This document shows positions 8,524 through 18,166 of a DNA stretch of 64,000 nucleotides, piece by piece. Source of the stretch: a virus. A program made the translations under genes and the position numbers. The stretch's first letter is position 1, and each line of letters opens with the position of its first letter. Below the pieces are notes generated by a model. That model was not told where the DNA came from and did not search any database. It saw only the letters and a list, made by a program, of their open reading frames with translations. Location of the stretch: IMG/VR virus record IMGVR_UViG_3300041809_000571, positions 51,841-115,840 of that record, one strand, 5' to 3'.

Positions 8524-9645
8524 ATGGAACTCGAAAAGACATCGCACAGTGAGCAGTACATGGATTACTCCGGGGGTAAGGAAAATGCCCCCACGCTGAC
8601 CGTTATGGTCGGCCCGGCTGGCTCGGGCAAGTCCACCCACGCCCGCAGTCTTGTCAATTGGGCAGCGGGAGCGACCGTCCGGGTAAACCGGGACACCATC
8701 CGTGCCATGCTCTACTGTGATTCCCCTTGGAACCACTCGAAGGAAGATGTGGTCCGCAAGTATGAGGAAGAGGGCATCCGTATGTTCCTCGCCATGGGAC
8801 TCAACGTCATCGTGGATGACACCAACTGCGTGTCCCGTACCCGGCAAAAGCTGGAAGAGATTGCCCGTGGCGCTCGGGTAAAGTTCTGCCTGCACGTCAT
8901 GAACGTGGACAAGGAAGAGTGTAAGCGGCGGAACGCCCTACGCACCGGCAAAGAATGCGTGCCCGAGGAAGCCATCGACCAACAGTTCAAGCGGCTGCGG
9001 GAAACAACCGTCCGCCCGGCTGGCTACGGTCTGGATGAGACCAATCGGGCAGTGGACGACTGGAATGAGCTTATCGCCGCTGGTATGGGGCGGAGCGAGT
9101 TCCGGGAGCGCCTCCCCGGCGCACCGTGGGTGTTCTGCGACGTTGACGGAACCCTCGCAGAGAACTTAGGGGAACGCAATCAGTTTGACGAAAGCAAGGT
9201 TCTTTTGGACGCTTGCCGGGAGCCGGTAGCGGCATGGGTCCGGGCGCTTTATCCGACCCACAACATCGCTATCGTCAGCGGTCGGCACGACACCTGCTGC
9301 AACGATACCTGTGACTGGCTTGAAATGTACAAGGTTCCTTTTGACTTGATTCTGATGCGTCCGGCGACGAGTTATGTCTCCGACCACATTGTCAAGCAGA
9401 ACATCTTAGATGCCTTGCTCAAAGTCATCGACAAGGGTCGCATCGCTTTCTCCATTGATGACCGCCCGAAGGTGGTCAATCAGGTGTGGAGGAATGCTAA
9501 AATCAAGGTCTATCCGGTCGGCGGCATGGTCGCCGCACCCGGCGAGCAGGCTACGGCGCACACCGCCTCCTGCACCTTTGACCTTGCCAATGTCAAGAAG
9601 GGTTTCCGTCGCTGCCCGTCTTGCGGGGCACTGGAGGATTTCTGA
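8524..9645 (+). CDS. pnk: polynucleotide 5'-kinase / 3'-phosphatase (T4 Pnk-like)
   Basis: N-terminal P-loop GPAGSGKST; C-terminal HAD phosphatase VFCDVDGTLA plus downstream SGR and DD motifs; domain order as T4 PseT. Confidence 0.75.
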   Translation: MELEKTSHSEQYMDYSGGKENAPTLTVMVGPAGSGKSTHARSLVNWAAGATVRVNRDTIRAMLYCDSPWNHSKEDVVRKYEEEGIRMFLAMGLNVIVDDTNCVSRTRQKLEEIARGARVKFCLHVMNVDKEECKRRNALRTGKECVPEEAIDQQFKRLRETTVRPAGYGLDETNRAVDDWNELIAAGMGRSEFRERLPGAPWVFCDVDGTLAENLGERNQFDESKVLLDACREPVAAWVRALYPTHNIAIVSGRHDTCCNDTCDWLEMYKVPFDLILMRPATSYVSDHIVKQNILDALLKVIDKGRIAFSIDDRPKVVNQVWRNAKIKVYPVGGMVAAPGEQATAHTASCTFDLANVKKGFRRCPSCGALEDF

Positions 9646-10034
9646 TGAGCCTCAATCATATTTCAATGTCACAGGCTTTGGGCGTCTGGTCGGAACTGGA
9701 AGCAGCCTATTACGGCAAGAACGGTTTCGGCAGGGATACGGCGGAAATTTACGCCTATCGCTTGCAGGAGTTCTGCCCCACCGCCGCTTACGCTTCTGGT
9801 AGTCCCTCATCTTCCATAGGGGTGGAAGCGCAGAGAGAAGCCGCCACGAGGGCCGGGAGAGCCTTACACGAGCTTATCCGACTCTTTCAGGCACATCACA
9901 ACTGCCGGGTGGTCGTGATGGATTACCGGGAGGATGGTAACGGGGAACACCCGGATATCCTTCTGGAGGGATTTGACCACCGGGTCAGCATCAAAGTCAT
10001 GCGGGACGAAAAACCACTGGAGATGAAGTCATGA
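9645..10034 (+). CDS. hypothetical protein
   Basis: ATG overlaps pnk stop; 129 aa. Confidence 0.4.
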   Translation: MSLNHISMSQALGVWSELEAAYYGKNGFGRDTAEIYAYRLQEFCPTAAYASGSPSSSIGVEAQREAATRAGRALHELIRLFQAHHNCRVVVMDYREDGNGEHPDILLEGFDHRVSIKVMRDEKPLEMKS

Positions 10035-11302
10035 AGCTGGAAAAGCTGCTGAATATTGAGAAGCTGAACGAACAGGTAAGGGATGGCTACATCTCTGTCC
10101 GGGCACACCCCAAGCTGCCCCTGCGCATCTACAACTACTCCAGCCAATGCACCTTCGAGAACAAGTGGTCCTTGGAGTCGTGCATCTGCCGGGGCCTCAT
10201 CGTGGACTCCAATGACAACGTTGTGTCTCGTCCCATCGCCAAGTTCTTCAACTTGGGACAGACCGGACCCCTGCTGGTCAGGGATTGGTTCCTCCGGGAT
10301 GAAAGGGGAGAGAACAAGGGTGTCGTCAAGGACCAGACCATTGACCCGGCGTACCTTCTCGAATGTGCCCGGCTGTTTAAGAATCCCATTACCATCACCC
10401 GCAAGTTAGACGGGTGGGCGGGAATCTCGTGGCACTATGAGGGCATCTACGGAGTTGCCAGCCGGGGTTCTTTTGATTCACCGGGGGCGCAGTATGCCAC
10501 GGAGAAGGTGCAGAAGTTCGTCAAGTACGGGGCGTTCGCCGACTTTCTCCCCGAGGATACCACCCTGTTCTTCGAGATTATCTCCAAGGTCACCAAGGTG
10601 GTGGTCCCCTACAACTTCGAGGGGCTGGTGCTTATCGCCGCCATTGCCAACGAGACCGGGGAGGAATTGGAATATCCCGAGCTTGAGGCTTTCCACAAGC
10701 AGTTGAACAGCTATGCCAAGGACCGGGACTGGTGCCGGTTGGTGCCGAAGTTTGACATGTCGGTGGAAGAGTGCATGGCGGACAAAGACATGACGGAGGA
10801 GGGCTATGTCACCGCCGTCCACCGGCCCCATCTGCCGCCTGTCCGGGCGAAAATCAAGCTGGCAGAGTACTGCCGTCTGCACCGCATTGTGACTGGTGTA
10901 ACACCGCAGAAAATCTGGAATGAGCTTTCCGACCCCATGTCACCGTGGATTTCCCACAACTCCAAGAAGGATTGGACCACGGGTGAAATCAAGGTGGACA
11001 TGTCCGTCCCCAAGGAATTCGGGGAGTGGGTCTACCAGTGGCAGGTGAAGATAACCGGCGTTTTCCACGAGAAGTTGGTTCGAGCCGTGGAGGCGGAGAG
11101 CCATCTGACAAAACTGGCAACCGACTCGCCTGCTGAAAGGAAGGCACAGGTGGAGTGGCTCCGGGCAAACTTTGCTGATGTTTCCAAGGCGGCAATGTTG
11201 CTGCACCAAGGCAAGATTGTGGACGCCTACAACGAACTGTGGATTCAGGTCCGTCCTTTTGGTCGGGAAGAGTATTACTACCAAGACGGAAAAGGAGAGT
11301 GA
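10031..11302 (+). CDS. ATP-dependent RNA ligase (covalent nucleotidyltransferase superfamily)
   Basis: Motif I RKLDGW (KxDG) plus downstream ligase-like segments; adjacent to Pnk as in phage tRNA-repair modules. Confidence 0.6.
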   Translation: MKLEKLLNIEKLNEQVRDGYISVRAHPKLPLRIYNYSSQCTFENKWSLESCICRGLIVDSNDNVVSRPIAKFFNLGQTGPLLVRDWFLRDERGENKGVVKDQTIDPAYLLECARLFKNPITITRKLDGWAGISWHYEGIYGVASRGSFDSPGAQYATEKVQKFVKYGAFADFLPEDTTLFFEIISKVTKVVVPYNFEGLVLIAAIANETGEELEYPELEAFHKQLNSYAKDRDWCRLVPKFDMSVEECMADKDMTEEGYVTAVHRPHLPPVRAKIKLAEYCRLHRIVTGVTPQKIWNELSDPMSPWISHNSKKDWTTGEIKVDMSVPKEFGEWVYQWQVKITGVFHEKLVRAVEAESHLTKLATDSPAERKAQVEWLRANFADVSKAAMLLHQGKIVDAYNELWIQVRPFGREEYYYQDGKGE

Positions 11303-11303
11303 C

Positions 11304-11921
11304 ATGAACGGCATCAACATCGGAGTAGTGGTTTTCCTCTTTATCCTCAATTTCGCAATCTCGTGGTTCAATGCATGGGTGGTCGGTAGAACGTGGCTGG
11401 AGTCCAAGGCCGCTGGTGGGTTTACTCACTTTGTGACATGGTGTGGAGCCATTATGTCGGCCTGCGGATTCACTTGGTGCTACAGCATTGTTCTGGCTAT
11501 TGCCTCCACGCACATTCCCTATAAGGGGCATATGCTGCTCACCACCGCACAAGCCGGGGGTGTCGTGGAACTGGCCTACCTCGCCGTCATTCTGCCGTGC
11601 ATCGGCTCGGGCATCGGCATCACTATATCAAGCTGGCAGAACTACAGGCGGGACCGCAGCCTCTTGAGTGGTGGTATAATGGGATACAACACCTTCGCCG
11701 AAATATACAATATCTACGAGGCCAGCCGGGCGGTGCCGATGATTTTCAAAGACCTCGGCAGGTTGTTCAAGGGGGACAATGACCGGAACAAGTGGGTCAT
11801 CATCCTCGCTGCCGCTGCCATCTTCGGAGGGGTATTGACAACCTTTGCCATTGTTAAGGCGTCTGCTCGTGCGAAGGCATATCAGGTTCAGTACGAACTG
11901 AATTCCGTCAAGAGGGGTTGA
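11304..11921 (+). CDS. integral membrane protein
   Basis: AAAGGAGAG RBS; 205 aa with 5-6 hydrophobic helices. Confidence 0.5.
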   Translation: MNGINIGVVVFLFILNFAISWFNAWVVGRTWLESKAAGGFTHFVTWCGAIMSACGFTWCYSIVLAIASTHIPYKGHMLLTTAQAGGVVELAYLAVILPCIGSGIGITISSWQNYRRDRSLLSGGIMGYNTFAEIYNIYEASRAVPMIFKDLGRLFKGDNDRNKWVIILAAAAIFGGVLTTFAIVKASARAKAYQVQYELNSVKRG

Positions 11922-12218
11922 CATGAACATGTTTATGCGGTTGTTTGCAGTGCTCACGGGCGGAAGGCCTATGCAGCGAATCGGAGATGGCTTTTGGGAT
12001 GCCATCGGTTTGGAGAAGGTGGACATCTACCGGGACCTGTTTGGTAGAGAGTGGCTCGCTACGGGTCCCTGCCGTCTATTCCGGGTATCCCGGCATTAGG
12101 AGGATGGCATGTGTACTCTTTGACCTCAGACAGCGGCGGCGGTCGCCGCCAGCACGGCAATAGGAATGACTTGGTGGAGATATTGGCACTATCGAGCGGT
12201 TCAAGCTTGGAGACGGGT

Positions 12219-12434
12219 ATGTTTAAGGTGGGAGATAAAGCGGAAACCGCAACCAGCCTATCCGGGACGCTGACCGAGTATGATGTAATGTTTGGTAGAT
12301 TTTTTCTCAGATGTCCAGATGGATTCGGATTGTGGGTACACCCCGACAACCTCAGGTTACCGCTCGGGAACAAATGCCCCATAAACGGGACAAATGAGAC
12401 AGATGTTCCCGTTCGGGAACGGAGCAACGTATGA
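12219..12434 (+). CDS. small hypothetical protein
   Basis: 71-aa ORF with GGAGACGGG upstream of ATG; region otherwise ambiguous. Confidence 0.3.
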   Translation: MFKVGDKAETATSLSGTLTEYDVMFGRFFLRCPDGFGLWVHPDNLRLPLGNKCPINGTNETDVPVRERSNV

Positions 12435-12970
12435 AGCAGAGCCGATTCTACATCCATTACATCCTGATTGACAAGGGGGAGGAATCCATCGAGTTTTCCG
12501 ACAAGCTTTGTAAGCTACTCCGAGAGCGCTTTCCTGCGGACACGTTCTTCCAGAAATTCACCCCGGAAGTCATGAACCCCAACCTCCCCGGTACACCCGG
12601 TATGGACCGCACTACCCTGACATGGAAGCCGGTGGAGAATTCTAAGGTTCTGCTCATTGGCATTGGCATTGGCGGCTTGTTCGGTTACCGATTGCAGCTT
12701 GAGAAAGAGTTTGAAGGTGTATCCCTCATCGCCGTCTGTCCGCCGCCCGGCCTTAGCCTTGCCCCCGCAGGGGGTCCAATAGCGGTGCTGTACGGCTCCA
12801 AGGAAGGCGTGTACTCCCTTCCCATTGAGAAATACCATGTGCCGCACACGCAGACCTTTGGCATCCCGTCCCTCCAGCATGGTCCCCAACTGGCGTTCTA
12901 TGCCATCGCCTACTTGGTGGGCAAGTACATGCAGGAAGAGGACTTATTGCCGGAAATGCAGAAATTATGA
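12431..12970 (+). CDS. hypothetical protein
   Basis: 179-aa ORF, overlaps upstream stop. Confidence 0.45.
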   Translation: MKQSRFYIHYILIDKGEESIEFSDKLCKLLRERFPADTFFQKFTPEVMNPNLPGTPGMDRTTLTWKPVENSKVLLIGIGIGGLFGYRLQLEKEFEGVSLIAVCPPPGLSLAPAGGPIAVLYGSKEGVYSLPIEKYHVPHTQTFGIPSLQHGPQLAFYAIAYLVGKYMQEEDLLPEMQKL

Positions 12971-13200
12971 TACAAGGACCACCGCCGACAAAACGGGAAC
13001 CTGAGTGGCGTCCGATACCGGATTATGGGGATGTGTACACATTGGGGGATTTTTATCGCAACATCGCCTCTGGGGCAGGAGGAGACGGAACGGGATACTA
13101 CGCCCGGCCTCCCCTGATGTCAGATGAACGCATCAACCCCTGTGTGTGGGACCATAATTTTGATGAGATTTACACCCACATAATTTGGTTCAACAAGTAA
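12967..13200 (+). CDS. hypothetical protein
   Basis: 77-aa ORF, overlaps upstream stop. Confidence 0.4.
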   Translation: MIQGPPPTKREPEWRPIPDYGDVYTLGDFYRNIASGAGGDGTGYYARPPLMSDERINPCVWDHNFDEIYTHIIWFNK

Positions 13201-13205
13201 GGTTT

Positions 13206-13216
13206 CGTGGTATACT
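13206..13216 (+). promoter_or_regulatory. extended -10 promoter CGTGGTATACT
   Basis: Same 11-mer; ATG 13223 follows. Confidence 0.45.
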
Positions 13217-13222
13217 GTAGGT

Positions 13223-13750
13223 ATGGAGACTATTCCACAAGTCATCGCTTCCGAGCTTTCCTACCGCCGCCAGTACTATGACGCCGGGGAGAACTCCGGG
13301 ATGAAGTGCCGATTCTGTTCTCAACCCATCCAATTTGTCTTTCTACTTAAGGACCCGTGGGGCGGAACCCTGCCCATCGGCGAATGCTGTTTCCTCAAGC
13401 TTAAAGAGGTCAACCCTGCGGTCTACACGGGTCTGGTAGCCAGCCTGATTATGTTGCAGGGAGCGGCTAAGGACCAGCAATCAGACATTGACCAACAGGC
13501 CGAGGCGGGACTGGTCATTACTCACCGGGACGCCTACAAGATGCTCCTCCGAAGCGGACGTGCCCGCATCACCGCATACCGGGTAGCCTCCGGGGAGAAG
13601 GAGTGGTTGCCAAAGTCCCTTTTTGAGTTGCGGAAAGAGATGCGAATAGCCCCCACCACCAATGCCCGCAAGACTAATAAGTCCCTTATCCGCTGGTATC
13701 AACGCCGAATTGGCGTCCTGCAAGAAAAGCTCTCCCAACCCCAACAGTAA
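13223..13750 (+). CDS. hypothetical protein
   Basis: 175-aa ORF downstream of promoter motif. Confidence 0.45.
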   Translation: METIPQVIASELSYRRQYYDAGENSGMKCRFCSQPIQFVFLLKDPWGGTLPIGECCFLKLKEVNPAVYTGLVASLIMLQGAAKDQQSDIDQQAEAGLVITHRDAYKMLLRSGRARITAYRVASGEKEWLPKSLFELRKEMRIAPTTNARKTNKSLIRWYQRRIGVLQEKLSQPQQ

Positions 13751-13795
13751 AGTTTCCCCTATCAGTATCTTTTATAGACGGACTGGAGGCGGCTA

Positions 13796-14074
13796 ATGGT
13801 GAACAAGCTCTATCTCAGGGCAAACGGCATCGACATATCCAAGGCAAGGGTGAGGAATAAGCTGGTAAATGGCTCCCCCTTTGGCGATAGCGAAGTGGTT
13901 ATCGAGGTACCGCCCATGGAGCATATGCCCGGCTTGGGGGAGATAACTTTGGAAGATGCTAGAATTCCCGGACTTCCTGATTTTAAGTTAGAGGTAAAGC
14001 AAGGGAACGGTGAGTGGAGAACCGTAAGTATTCCTGAACTTAAAGCGATTTTGGCTGGAAAACCAAATGGCTAA
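13796..14074 (+). CDS. hypothetical protein
   Basis: 92-aa ORF, GGAGG RBS. Confidence 0.45.
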   Translation: MVNKLYLRANGIDISKARVRNKLVNGSPFGDSEVVIEVPPMEHMPGLGEITLEDARIPGLPDFKLEVKQGNGEWRTVSIPELKAILAGKPNG

Positions 14075-14324
14075 GAAGAAAAGACAACCCGAGCTAGACG
14101 AGCTTCTTTTCCAAGACGAAACCCCTCCCGAGGAGGAGAGGGACGACCTTCTCTTTGACGACCCGGAGGAGGAATCCCAAGAGTCTGACGAAGAGGAAGA
14201 GGAAGAACTTATCCCCGAGCTTGAAATTGGAGAAAACGGACACATCCGTCCACACCACAAGCGGGGTCGCCGGGAAGATGACGAAGAAGAGGACTCGCCG
14301 GTAGTATTAGATTGGGATGAATGA
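14067..14324 (+). CDS. highly acidic small protein (DE-rich)
   Basis: 85 aa, >45% Asp/Glu, directly upstream of SNF2 helicase. Confidence 0.45.
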   Translation: MAKKKRQPELDELLFQDETPPEEERDDLLFDDPEEESQESDEEEEEELIPELEIGENGHIRPHHKRGRREDDEEEDSPVVLDWDE

Positions 14325-16332
14325 ATCCGTCTGCCCACTTGTAACCCAATACACCAATGAATTAGGCATTGACCCGCAAGTGCTTGAGCGCCTTTACCTT
14401 GTCCGTCACTGGGACATCCAGATGGACGAGGCCGGGGTAGTCCACAACCCCATTCCTTTCAAATGGCCGTCTCTCTTTCGCACCAAAATCTACAATTTGA
14501 ACAAAGAGGTTGAGGATGAACCTCTGGAGCTTCGTCAATACCAGTTGCAAATCATTCATCATCTGGTCCGCATGAACCGGTTCATGTGCGGGGACGCCGT
14601 GGGCCTCAAGAAGACCTGCGACGTGATAGCCGCCCTCTGTTGGCTCAAAGACCGCATCCCGGACCTCAAAGCTCTGGTGGTGACCACCAAATCCACCCTC
14701 TGGCAATGGCATGATGAGATACGGAGATTCAGCCTGCTACGCCCCTTCGTCATGGTGAATGAATACCGGGGTCAGAAGTCGTATCCCGCACGTCATCAGC
14801 AACTTAGGGACTTCCTCAGTGGCGTAAAGAAAGACGTTCTCATCGGCAAATACTCCTCCATGATTGGCAAGCGGAGGATGATAAAGAATCGGACTGACCG
14901 GGATGGTGACCCGCTGCCGGATAAGTTGGAGCCGGTCTCGCAGGAGATATTGGAGTTTGCCCGGATTCTCCGGGATAGCAATAAGCCTGTAGCGGTCATC
15001 TTTGACGAGGCACACCGATTTAAGACGCCGGGAAGCTCCACGAGAGCGCTGGTACTGAATCTTGCCAAGCAATGCCGCTGGGCGTGGGCATTGACCGGTA
15101 CGGCGATGAAGAATTCCGCCGACGAGTTTTACTCCGCCCTGTTTGCCCTCGGCATCCGCCCCTTTGGCAGCATGTGGGATTTCGAGGAGCAATTCTGCAT
15201 TTATCACAAACAGTACGTCGGGAACGGCATTCATAAGCGGGTTCTGGACGGTTACCAGAACATGGACGAATTCAAGCGGGGTATCCGCACCTTTTACTTG
15301 GGACGCTCCCAAGCGCAGGTCCGGGAGAAACTCCCTAAGCTCCAGACGGTGTATCACCCCATTGACTTGGATGCCAAGCAATGTCGGCTTTTGGACGACA
15401 TCATCTCCGGGGCCTTTACCCTGCCCCCGGCGCTCATCAAGGTATCCGGGGAGATATACGAGCGTGAGCGGGACCCCAGCAATGCCATGACGATGATGTC
15501 GGTTCAGCAGCTTGTCTCCAACCACCCCGGCTTGCTGGACCGAGAAGACAAAAAAGCGTTTTTCCACCCCACTTTGTCCCCCAAGGAAGAGGCACTTTTA
15601 GACCTGCTGGATGGCGACCTAAAGGGTGAGAAAGTCATCGTTTTCAGCAAATTCCTAAGACATATTGACCGACTAGAGGGACTGACCACGGCGGGCAAGT
15701 TTACTACCCGGCGCTTTCTGCGGATTACCGGAAATGAGAACGAGAAGGAGCGGAACGCCGCCAAGCGGTTATTTCAGGAAAGCCCTGACCACGACCTGAT
15801 TTTCATCAATGCGGCGGGCATTGAGGGGTTAAATCTCCAGCAGGCCGCTCATATGGTCTGTTTGGACCTACCGTGGTCGTGGGGCGATTTAATCCAGTTG
15901 GTAGGGCGAATGGTTAGGTCGGCCTCTCCGCACGCCTCCTGTACCCTCCACATCCTCGTAGCGAAGGGTACAGTGGATGAATACACCATTGATGTGCTGA
16001 TTGGGAAGAAAGGCGTCTTTGAAGCCATCCTTGGCGAATCCCACTCAGCCGGGCTGCTTTCCGACAATAACAATCTGGACTTGGATTCCGGCATGGAAGC
16101 TACCGGCTCGGATGAGGAGTTTAAGCTGGAAATGCTCCGCCACGCCCACAAGCGTAATGCCAGCATGAAGAAGTTTCTCATAGGGGAGCGCATCTCGGCG
16201 GCACAGGAAGATGACGAGTACGAGATGATTTTTGAAAAGAAACCCCGGAAAACGAGTAATAAAAAGCAGCAGCACCCGGCGTTGGAACCAGAGCCGGAAG
16301 ACAACTTGTTGCCATTCGATGGGGGCATATGA
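14317..16332 (+). CDS. SNF2-family DEAD/H-box helicase / ATPase
   Basis: DEAHRFK (motif II), LTGTAMKN (motif III), C-terminal helicase domain with QLVGRMVR (motif VI). Confidence 0.8.
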   Translation: MNESVCPLVTQYTNELGIDPQVLERLYLVRHWDIQMDEAGVVHNPIPFKWPSLFRTKIYNLNKEVEDEPLELRQYQLQIIHHLVRMNRFMCGDAVGLKKTCDVIAALCWLKDRIPDLKALVVTTKSTLWQWHDEIRRFSLLRPFVMVNEYRGQKSYPARHQQLRDFLSGVKKDVLIGKYSSMIGKRRMIKNRTDRDGDPLPDKLEPVSQEILEFARILRDSNKPVAVIFDEAHRFKTPGSSTRALVLNLAKQCRWAWALTGTAMKNSADEFYSALFALGIRPFGSMWDFEEQFCIYHKQYVGNGIHKRVLDGYQNMDEFKRGIRTFYLGRSQAQVREKLPKLQTVYHPIDLDAKQCRLLDDIISGAFTLPPALIKVSGEIYERERDPSNAMTMMSVQQLVSNHPGLLDREDKKAFFHPTLSPKEEALLDLLDGDLKGEKVIVFSKFLRHIDRLEGLTTAGKFTTRRFLRITGNENEKERNAAKRLFQESPDHDLIFINAAGIEGLNLQQAAHMVCLDLPWSWGDLIQLVGRMVRSASPHASCTLHILVAKGTVDEYTIDVLIGKKGVFEAILGESHSAGLLSDNNNLDLDSGMEATGSDEEFKLEMLRHAHKRNASMKKFLIGERISAAQEDDEYEMIFEKKPRKTSNKKQQHPALEPEPEDNLLPFDGGI

Positions 16333-16688
16333 GCAATATGGTGGTTAGGTCGGTGACTATCTCCTTGGAGCTTGCCGACAAAGAGTTTGGCAACGGCATG
16401 AGCCGGTTCTTCAATATCAAGGGGGCTTACCAAGAGGGCGGCACCCCGTTGGAAGAGGTCGCTGATGTGGTCGATGACAGCCTGACCATGTTTATGGCCG
16501 CTTGGAAATCTTTGCTCGGAAGTAAGTGTGCGCAGGGCAAGATTGACGGCAAAACCATGCAGGATGAAGTACGGAAGGTCATCAAGCGGACAACGAAGGT
16601 TCAAGCCTATCTCAGAAAAGAAGATGGGAGTGAGCCAATAACAAGTGGACCCCCGGCAGGAACAGAGGGTCAAGAGGGAACTTCATGA
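16329..16688 (+). CDS. hypothetical protein
   Basis: 119-aa ORF, overlaps upstream stop. Confidence 0.4.
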   Translation: MSNMVVRSVTISLELADKEFGNGMSRFFNIKGAYQEGGTPLEEVADVVDDSLTMFMAAWKSLLGSKCAQGKIDGKTMQDEVRKVIKRTTKVQAYLRKEDGSEPITSGPPAGTEGQEGTS

Positions 16689-17527
16689 CGGGACTTATCA
16701 ATGTCAAAGCGGCTATAGACTCCTTCCAAGCGGAACGGCTACTGGTCGGAGCTTACATCTTGGAGCATATCGAAGGGGTGGTCACCAAGATTGCCTACCA
16801 GTCCAACGGGGACGCCATTTCCTACGAGGACATGTATTCCGACCTCGCCGCCGAGGTTGACAAGCTGCCTAAGCTCAAATTGGAATTGTCGGTCCCTCCG
16901 GGTGGTGAGTCCCAATACAGCATCCAGCTTACCATGGCGATGGAGACGGTCGCCGACGACTGCGACCGGGTATCCCACAAGGTGAGCAAGTTCGAGAGCA
17001 AGATTCGAGAAGCACAGGGCAAGCTCAAGCGGCTGCATGGGGAGTTTGGGGCATGGTACTCTCTTGCCGCCAGCAAGCTCATGGAAGAAGAAGCGTACAT
17101 CCGCCTGAATGCCGCACAGGTCAAACAGCTTGCCGATGCTGAGTTTTCCCGTCTGACCAACGACCTTGATGTCACCATGGAGAGCCTCATCAACGCCGTG
17201 AAGTCTCTCCGAGGGGAAATCAAGGAGCATAAGCGCACGCAGGCCGACAAGTACAACATGGGGAAAGACCAAGTAAATGCCAGTTGGACTTCCCACATGC
17301 CGCTATTCAACGGCAGCGGCGACATCACGACGGACACCCCCGGCAAGCTATTGGGCGAACATAACCCCCAGCTTGAAGAGGCACTGGCCCCGGAGGATTT
17401 TGCTCCCGAGGAACCACCGCCCGAAAAAGAATGGGCATTTAAGAAGACCGGAGACGCCCGTCCCATACACCTGATTACCGATGACGAGCGGCTCCCGCCT
17501 TCGGATGAGGAGGATGAACGAGTATGA
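16685..17527 (+). CDS. coiled-coil hypothetical protein
   Basis: 280 aa, heptad-rich centre, acidic C-terminus. Confidence 0.45.
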   Translation: MTGLINVKAAIDSFQAERLLVGAYILEHIEGVVTKIAYQSNGDAISYEDMYSDLAAEVDKLPKLKLELSVPPGGESQYSIQLTMAMETVADDCDRVSHKVSKFESKIREAQGKLKRLHGEFGAWYSLAASKLMEEEAYIRLNAAQVKQLADAEFSRLTNDLDVTMESLINAVKSLRGEIKEHKRTQADKYNMGKDQVNASWTSHMPLFNGSGDITTDTPGKLLGEHNPQLEEALAPEDFAPEEPPPEKEWAFKKTGDARPIHLITDDERLPPSDEEDERV

Positions 17528-17727
17528 AGCCGGGCTGGTGCCGATTCTTTCTTGTGCTTCTTACCCCGTTGTGGATAGGGGGAGCGATAGGGATGTTTCT
17601 TATCTACCACCTTCCACCGGGATGGTTATGGGTTGCTCCTATCGTCGTGTTCATTGGTTTTTTCATCTCATGGTTAATCTTGGTCTACGAAAAGTGGAAG
17701 AGGATAAATGGTAACACTGGAAGTTGA
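17524..17727 (+). CDS. small membrane protein
   Basis: 67 aa with two hydrophobic helices. Confidence 0.4.
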   Translation: MKPGWCRFFLVLLTPLWIGGAIGMFLIYHLPPGWLWVAPIVVFIGFFISWLILVYEKWKRINGNTGS

Positions 17728-18166
17728 CCCCCAATTTCATGGACCCACGATTGCCGAGATAGCCTCCACATTAGCCGACATCAAGGAAGACCCGGTGCGG
17801 GTTCGGTGGGGAGGCACCAAGACAGAAATCAAACTTCTGGAGAGTAATGACCGGGCTTTCGTTGTGGTCGTTCCCAGTCTCGTGGAGATGAGCACAGTTG
17901 CCTTTATCTTTGGAACCCCCCTTCAACTGGGAGATAAGATTCTTGCCGAAAGCAAGGACGCTCTTATCAATAAGAAAACCTATAATTGGAAAAGGTTTAC
18001 CGGGGATAATGGTCCCACGGTCATTAAAAGCATAGTAGTCAAACTGGCGGCAAATGCCGTCCGGCAGGGGCTTCGTCCCAAGCTGGCGAGAGTTGCCTCC
18101 GATGCTCTGCTTGGAAAAGTGAATGCTGCCGATGCTGACATTCTGATACGCACTGCCTATGCCTAA
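17708..18166 (+). CDS. hypothetical protein
   Basis: 152-aa ORF. Confidence 0.4.
   Translation: MVTLEVDPQFHGPTIAEIASTLADIKEDPVRVRWGGTKTEIKLLESNDRAFVVVVPSLVEMSTVAFIFGTPLQLGDKILAESKDALINKKTYNWKRFTGDNGPTVIKSIVVKLAANAVRQGLRPKLARVASDALLGKVNAADADILIRTAYA

Noticed and set aside
12059-12457. 132-aa minus-strand ORF
   Set aside because: No RBS and opposite to the operon direction. The region is better explained by short + strand ORFs, though coding here remains uncertain.
14737-15567. 276-aa minus-strand ORF
   Set aside because: Antisense to the SNF2 helicase gene, which has clear motifs.
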